From NCBI GenBank assembly GCA_048938025.1, contig JBHLMP010000009.1, positions 1 to 64,000 of the forward strand: DNA of 64,000 nt. The letters run 5' to 3'. The notes under the pieces were generated by a model, which saw only the letters and a program-made list of their open reading frames with translations, was not told the DNA's origin and did no database searches. The DNA comes from Promethearchaeota archaeon. Its GTDB lineage: Archaea; Asgardarchaeota; Lokiarchaeia; Sigyniarchaeales; SOKP01. The position numbers were made by a program, and so were the translations under genes. Below, piece after piece: positions 58,442-64,000 of the stretch (the first letter of the stretch is position 1; every line of letters starts with the position of its first letter).

Positions 58442-60148
58442 GTGAAAAAGATACAATATATCAGCGTAGTCTTTATATTTCTAGTATTATCAAGTCTTTC
58501 ATTTTACTTTTTACCATTCTCAGGGTTTAATTTACAAAAAGATTATTTTCAAACTCAAAATGAAGAAAATAAAGATTTGATTGAATCTGCCGATGTTGGA
58601 GATCCAATACCTGAAGAAGGTTATATTACCCTAAATGTGACAGAAGTTTATCGATTATTTGAATCTATTAATATTACCATTTATGCCCCAGACTTTCTTT
58701 TTCCTACTATTGATAAATCCGTTTTGGAAATTTCCTTTACAAATGGATCAGTAATAACTTATAATATGACTGGTTTTGGAGTTGAAGAATTTATATATGT
58801 ATACCGACCAGAATATAATGCACCATTGGGAGTCCAAAATGTTAGTTTTCTGCTTTATAATTCAAATTGGAATCTATTGAATGCCCATACAACATATAAA
58901 AACTTTACAATTAAAACAAATTACATGCTTAATTTTAATAGCTCTGAATATTATGTAGAAGATAATTTATCTGCTGAATTGACTGTAAATGACTTTAAAA
59001 CTTACCAATTTGATTGGAATATTACCATCGTTGATAGTGCAAATGAAGCAACGCAAACAAATTTATTTGACCTTGAAAATAACCTTGTTCAATTTTCTTT
59101 TATGATAGAAAACGACACATTCGATCAAGTAGATAAAACCTATTATGTTAAAGTTAATATATCAGATGTTGGTACTGGAGAAGTATATCCTACGTACTTT
59201 CCATTTGATGTATTGAATTCACTCCCTCGGATAATACCTTCAACTATTAATTTCTCTTTAGAAGAAGTCCCTAGAACTGAATCATGTGAAATTTCATTAA
59301 ATGTGACAGATATTGAAAATATACCAGCAGAACTTATTGTTAACATGGATCTTGAAGATCCTAATGGTAATGTGCTTAAAGTGAGTATTTCTCATAAAGA
59401 AGGAATGTCATTTTCTACAAGTTTTTCTATTCCCGCAGATAGACCAATAGGAAAATATAGGGTAAATTTTACAGCAAAAGATCTCGATAATGGAGTTGGT
59501 TCTTATTTAACTTTTTTAACTGTAGAAAATAATCCTCCTGATATTCATAGTTATAAAATAAATGGTCATTCAATGGATGAGAGTATATCAGTATTATATG
59601 GAGATGATTTAACTTTTACATTTAATGTATCAGATGTGGAAGGAATTGCTTATATAACTGTTGCCCTTATTAATAAGAATAATGATTGGTATAATATTAC
59701 GAGAGCTTATACGGGTGAAGATATGAGAATTCGTATTAGAACTGCTGAGTTAGTAAAAGGAACATGGTATGTTTATATTTATGTCACTGACACTGATTGG
59801 AAAACAACAAGCCTTATCGATGATTATAATTTAGCTCCGCAACAAATAAGAATTATTTCTGATGTTTTTTCTGATATTTTACCATGGGTGACATTTATTG
59901 TTGGAATAATTTTTGGTATATTAGCAGGGATTGGTGGATCCTACAAACTATTAAAGGCAAGATCATTAGAAGCACAAAAAGTAAGTTTAGTGAAGAAAGA
60001 ACCTATTAAATCAATCAAAAAATCAGAAAAGAAAGGAGTAAAACCAAAAAAAGAAGAGCCTATTAAAGAAGTGGAGAGAGAACCGTCTAAAGAGGAAGAA
60101 GAAAAACAAAAAGCACCTTATCGCAAAATAAAAAGAAAATTAAACTAA
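58442..60148 (+). CDS. Membrane-anchored surface protein with Ig-like domains and charged cytoplasmic tail
   Basis: Signal/TM segment; NSLP and NNPP linkers, G.Y.V...A.D.D motifs; C-terminal TM then K/E-rich tail. Confidence 0.75.
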   Translation: MKKIQYISVVFIFLVLSSLSFYFLPFSGFNLQKDYFQTQNEENKDLIESADVGDPIPEEGYITLNVTEVYRLFESINITIYAPDFLFPTIDKSVLEISFTNGSVITYNMTGFGVEEFIYVYRPEYNAPLGVQNVSFLLYNSNWNLLNAHTTYKNFTIKTNYMLNFNSSEYYVEDNLSAELTVNDFKTYQFDWNITIVDSANEATQTNLFDLENNLVQFSFMIENDTFDQVDKTYYVKVNISDVGTGEVYPTYFPFDVLNSLPRIIPSTINFSLEEVPRTESCEISLNVTDIENIPAELIVNMDLEDPNGNVLKVSISHKEGMSFSTSFSIPADRPIGKYRVNFTAKDLDNGVGSYLTFLTVENNPPDIHSYKINGHSMDESISVLYGDDLTFTFNVSDVEGIAYITVALINKNNDWYNITRAYTGEDMRIRIRTAELVKGTWYVYIYVTDTDWKTTSLIDDYNLAPQQIRIISDVFSDILPWVTFIVGIIFGILAGIGGSYKLLKARSLEAQKVSLVKKEPIKSIKKSEKKGVKPKKEEPIKEVEREPSKEEEEKQKAPYRKIKRKLN

Positions 60149-60189
60149 AGGAAAAATATTTATATTAATTCAATCTAGCTTCTTTTATA

Positions 60190-61113
60190 TTACTCTAAGC
60201 CAATCTCATAAAGTCTATAGTGAAATTTTCCTAGTTTACCACCATAGTTACCTGCTGAGATTCTATTTATTCCATTAACTTTTACAGCTGCCTTGATTCC
60301 TAGATTTAATGCTTTTTTTACGGCATCTTCAGTAGCTCCATCTAAAACAATCTCAAAAACCGCCCCATCTCCCTCTCTTAATTGAGTATCTTCTACCTTC
60401 GTTCTTAAAGTTGGACAATAAGCATGGTTAGTGCTTGCAAAAAGTCCTGGAATGTTTTCATATTGGGTTCCAACTTTTGATCCTGATGCTACAACTCCCC
60501 CTGGAAAAGGAGCGATAACATTTTCCACATCTTTTATAGCCTCAATTGCTTTCTCTGCAGCTTCTAATGTAGATTCTTGGTCTTTTCCGATTATTAAAAA
60601 ATTTCCACCGGCTATTCCTTTCCCAACTTTAAAAGAACTCTGAATAATAAATTCTCCTCCCATAATAGGAATTTTCCATGCGGGAAATGGAAAAACACCT
60701 TCAATCTTTTCTTCATACTTATCTCCAAAAAATTTAAGGAAATAACCTGTTTTTACTTCAAATTCCTTTTCTGGTTCTAAAGAACCTCCTATTGCATCAA
60801 AACAAGCAGTGGTAGGGCATGGTAGAATGCATTGTCCAACACGGTGCAGCATTACATTACTAACTTTATCCTTATTCCTAATAAAAAACATCAATACAAC
60901 TCCAGGACGATTATCGGGTGTTTTATTTGCAGGTACTAATACATCTATTCCAGCCTCTGCGTCACAACCAATCCCTGATGTACCATAACCCGTTGCTTCT
61001 TGAGCTGCTATTTTAACCCATTTTTCATTTTTAGCAGTTATTAAAATTCTTGTAAAGAAGCCTCCAAATGCTTCACAATAGGTATCTTCAATTTCTACTC
61101 CATTTAATTGCAT
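60190..61113 (-). CDS. ftr: Formylmethanofuran--tetrahydromethanopterin N-formyltransferase
   Basis: NGVEIEDTYCEAF, TPDNRPG, RVGQC, AGGN, GSKVG and SAGNYGGKLG motifs. Confidence 0.96.
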   Translation of the reverse strand: MQLNGVEIEDTYCEAFGGFFTRILITAKNEKWVKIAAQEATGYGTSGIGCDAEAGIDVLVPANKTPDNRPGVVLMFFIRNKDKVSNVMLHRVGQCILPCPTTACFDAIGGSLEPEKEFEVKTGYFLKFFGDKYEEKIEGVFPFPAWKIPIMGGEFIIQSSFKVGKGIAGGNFLIIGKDQESTLEAAEKAIEAIKDVENVIAPFPGGVVASGSKVGTQYENIPGLFASTNHAYCPTLRTKVEDTQLREGDGAVFEIVLDGATEDAVKKALNLGIKAAVKVNGINRISAGNYGGKLGKFHYRLYEIGLE

Positions 61114-61263
61114 TTTTTACACCTTTTTTAGTTTTAATTAATTTTAGTCATTATTAAATTAGACATCTATTTTATATAAAATTTTAAAATAAAATTAATA
61201 ACATTGAAAAATTGTTAGAGATAAATAGTAATTATAATTAAATTTCTGAAATTATAAATTTAA

Positions 61264-62118
61264 TTGATTAAAATGAGCGACGATAAGATTCTTAAAATTG
61301 GAATTTTGAAGAATGGAACAATTGGTTCGTCTTTATTACTAGCTTTCTTAATGGATGAAAGAGCTGAAGCCACCAGAATCAATGTTTATGAGATAACCTC
61401 TGGAGCCAAAATGCATCCACCAGAAATGTGTACCGAAACTATGAAGGACTTATTAAAATGGGAGCCAGAATTGATTTTAATGTCAAGCCCGAATGCTGCA
61501 CTTAAAGGTCCTAAAGAGGCTAGAGATATGGTTAAAGACACCGGGATACCTACAATTATAATCTCAGACGCTCCCGCTAGGAACGCAGTAGAAGAAATTC
61601 AAGAGAAGGGAATGGGGTATATTCTTGTAAATTGTGATAGTATGATTGGTGCGAGGAGACCATTTTTAGATCCTATTGAAATGAGTTGCTTCAATGCGGA
61701 TTTATTAAAAGTGCTGGCAATAACTGGCGCTCTTCAAGTTATTGCTGAAGAGTTAAATAAAGTAATTCTAGATATGCTAGAAGGTAGAACACCAATTTTA
61801 CCACAGATTATCATTGATGCTATAACTGCTATAAAGGCTGCTAAATTTTCTAACCCATATGCAGAAGCTAAAGCTATAGCTGCTTTTGAATTAGCTGCTT
61901 CAGTTTCAAAAATTACAGGAAAAGCTTGTTTTGTACTTAAAGAGAGATCTGAATATATGCCATTACTAGCAACTGCCCATGAAATGATGAGAACAGCAGC
62001 ACTTATGTGTGATGAAGCGCGAGAAATAGAAAAATATAATGATTCAGTTTTAAGAAGACCTCACCATGTTAAACAGCACTTCTTAACAAAAAGGGGGCTT
62101 CACGAGAAAGAAAAATAA
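61264..62118 (+). CDS. mtd: F420-dependent methylenetetrahydromethanopterin dehydrogenase
   Basis: DERA, SGAKM, SPN, DSMIGARRPFLDPIEM, FSNPYA and AHEMMR motifs. Confidence 0.93.
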   Translation: MIKMSDDKILKIGILKNGTIGSSLLLAFLMDERAEATRINVYEITSGAKMHPPEMCTETMKDLLKWEPELILMSSPNAALKGPKEARDMVKDTGIPTIIISDAPARNAVEEIQEKGMGYILVNCDSMIGARRPFLDPIEMSCFNADLLKVLAITGALQVIAEELNKVILDMLEGRTPILPQIIIDAITAIKAAKFSNPYAEAKAIAAFELAASVSKITGKACFVLKERSEYMPLLATAHEMMRTAALMCDEAREIEKYNDSVLRRPHHVKQHFLTKRGLHEKEK

Positions 62119-62234
62119 ATTATTATCAATATTTCTTCTAAAATTTATTTTTTTATTTTGCTAATTCTAATCTCAAGAATAGAATTACATAAAAACATAT
62201 AATTTCACAAGAAAATAGAATAAAATGACTATGT

Positions 62235-63182
62235 TTAAGTTATTAAGAATTCCTTTAAATTCTCAAATTCTTCTCCACTCAGGGCATTCATTACACCAGA
62301 GAAGACTTCAGTTTGTCTATTTTTCGTAATTGCCATTAAAACTGCTCCATTGCTCACCTCTTTCACTAAGATATAACAATTATCAGATTCATAAACAATA
62401 GTAGATAAATATAAAGCAGAATAATTAGATATATTTTGTAACTCCATAACTTGCTGATAAATGTTATAAATATTTGAATCTAAAGTTCCTATTTCAAACT
62501 TCATGAACTGTAGGGGCTTTAGATCGAGCTTTCCAAAAGTAGAGGCAATTAATAATCCATCAGGCTGATTAAATAAAAGATACTCAGATAATGTATTAAT
62601 TTTTAACTGATCAAGTAAATTTCGTATCTTTCCTAAACGTTGCATTGATAATGTATTCTTCTGGATTTCATAATCTAATATTTCAATTAATCTGTGTTGC
62701 GCACTGCCTTCTTTTACTGATACTGGCGTAAAAGCGAGTTTCTTCATTAAATCCTCATTTAACTCATTAGATAAAACTTTAAAAAAATCATCCTCTCTTG
62801 ATTCTGGTAAATCTATTTTATTTAATAATACATAAATGTTCTCAATATTGGGAGAGAATTCAAGTAGATATTTTAAAAAATTATCGAAAATTTCTCGAAC
62901 ATTTGGATCAATTACTACAGAATCAACCATGAAAACCGCTGTTGTAGATTCTGAAAATATACGCTCTCTTTGGGATTCAGAAAAGTACCGCTCCATATAC
63001 CGTTCTTGTCCTCCTAGATCCCAGACGTTAAGTTCCATTATACCCCGAAATATAAAATTTTCTCTTGAAACACCTTTAGTAGGTTTCAAATTTAAAACCT
63101 TCATAAAATTATATCCTAAACAAGTAGTTCTCATTAGACTGGTTTTCCCTGCACCTGCAGGGCCAAAAAGCAGTATTTTCAT
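62235..63182 (-). CDS. Rag/Gtr1-like small GTPase with C-terminal roadblock-like domain
   Basis: G1 GPAGAGKTS, G2 PT, G3 WDLGGQ, G4 NKID, G5 SV; C-terminal LFNQPDGLLIAST. Confidence 0.82.
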   Translation of the reverse strand: MKILLFGPAGAGKTSLMRTTCLGYNFMKVLNLKPTKGVSRENFIFRGIMELNVWDLGGQERYMERYFSESQRERIFSESTTAVFMVDSVVIDPNVREIFDNFLKYLLEFSPNIENIYVLLNKIDLPESREDDFFKVLSNELNEDLMKKLAFTPVSVKEGSAQHRLIEILDYEIQKNTLSMQRLGKIRNLLDQLKINTLSEYLLFNQPDGLLIASTFGKLDLKPLQFMKFEIGTLDSNIYNIYQQVMELQNISNYSALYLSTIVYESDNCYILVKEVSNGAVLMAITKNRQTEVFSGVMNALSGEEFENLKEFLIT

Positions 63183-63385
63183 AGGGATTCTCTTTTTGAA
63201 TTTAAATTAATTTTAATTACAGTTCTAATATATTTTTTATACTTTAATCGTTATTTAATTTTTTCTAATTAATTAAAAGAAATATTCTGTTTTAAAGGGG
63301 ATTGATCTGATGACGATTCAATTCAATTAAATATGATTTTAAATTAACTAAAATAAAAAATAAATTTAAATTGGAATTGATATAA

Positions 63386-63913
63386 ATGAACTTGGAAGAA
63401 TTTATTCGTAATGTACCGGGCTTCCCAAAACCAGGTATACAATTCAAAGACGTTACAACATTGTGTAAAGTACATGCTCCCTTTAAAGAATCATGCAATA
63501 GAATAATAGAATATTTCAAGAATAAAGGGATAACTAAAGTTGCTGCTATTGAAGCTCGTGGATATGTTTGGGGAGGGGTTCTAGCATATCAATTAGGCGC
63601 TGGATTTGTATTAATGAGAAAGCCAGGTAAATTGCCCGCAGAGACATTAAGCGAAACATATGAGCTTGAATATGGAACAGATACAATTGAGATGCACAAG
63701 GATGCGATTGAGAGAGACGAAAAAGTTTTAGTTTTTGATGATCTATTAGCAACTGGGGGTACTGCTAAAGCAGCATGTAATTTAGTGGAAAAAGCAGGAG
63801 GACAAGTCATTGGAGTTGCTTTTGTTATTGAACTTACCGGCAGTTTACATGGTAGAGATAAGTTAGAAGGTTATGATATTCTTTCTCTAATTAAAATCCC
63901 AGTTGAAGAGTAA
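63386..63913 (+). CDS. apt: Adenine phosphoribosyltransferase
   Basis: FPKPGIQFKD, IEARG, RKPGKLP, YELEYG and DDLLATGGT motifs. Confidence 0.96.
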   Translation: MNLEEFIRNVPGFPKPGIQFKDVTTLCKVHAPFKESCNRIIEYFKNKGITKVAAIEARGYVWGGVLAYQLGAGFVLMRKPGKLPAETLSETYELEYGTDTIEMHKDAIERDEKVLVFDDLLATGGTAKAACNLVEKAGGQVIGVAFVIELTGSLHGRDKLEGYDILSLIKIPVEE

Positions 63914-64000
63914 ATCCTTTATTATGAATTCAAGATTTTTTAAAATCAATGAATAATCTTTTTTTTTATAGATTTTCTAATTCAGTAGGAGTATAGCCAA

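Noticed and set aside
469-63810. The many 60-145 aa ORFs antisense to or nested in larger genes
   Set aside because: Shadow frames of well-supported genes, with no motifs or ribosome-binding sites.
63966-64000. Possible tRNA start at the window end
   Set aside because: It reads better as the 3' end of a minus-strand CDS (GYTPTELENL*) followed by a homopolymer tract; too short to call.

Overview
AT-rich archaeal DNA that looks like an Asgard (Lokiarchaeia-like) chromosome. The assignment rests on Alba, archaeal CdhB/CdhC, Ftr/Mtd, IPGY-TM-basic (Loki-CTERM-type) C-termini, a Rag-like GTPase-roadblock fusion and many TPR/GNAT genes. Most of the window is metabolic: a cdhB-cdhC / cooF-cooS-FAD oxidoreductase / cooT carbon-monoxide cluster; a large lipid-catabolism region (2 acyl-CoA ligases, 2 crotonases, a FabK-like enzyme, 4 Cys-less thiolase-fold proteins with 4 DUF35 partners, SCP2, an acyl-CoA dehydrogenase, GlpD); and ftr/mtd, glyS and apt. 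The most unusual signal is in the first 4.5 kb. Five same-orientation copies of a ~41-bp imperfectly palindromic repeat (consensus GGAAAGGTAAATTCAGAGTCTGATTTCAATGAAAATTCCTT) separate co-oriented, unrelated accessory genes: a serine hydrolase, a stand-alone PARP-type zinc finger, an RHH regulator, and a DUF285 surface protein plus a gene fragment cut at the repeat edge. This resembles a gene-cassette array that is neither a CRISPR array nor a canonical attC integron. No rRNA, tRNA, transposase, integrase or cas gene was recognised. All calls come from reading motifs by eye; no searches were run.
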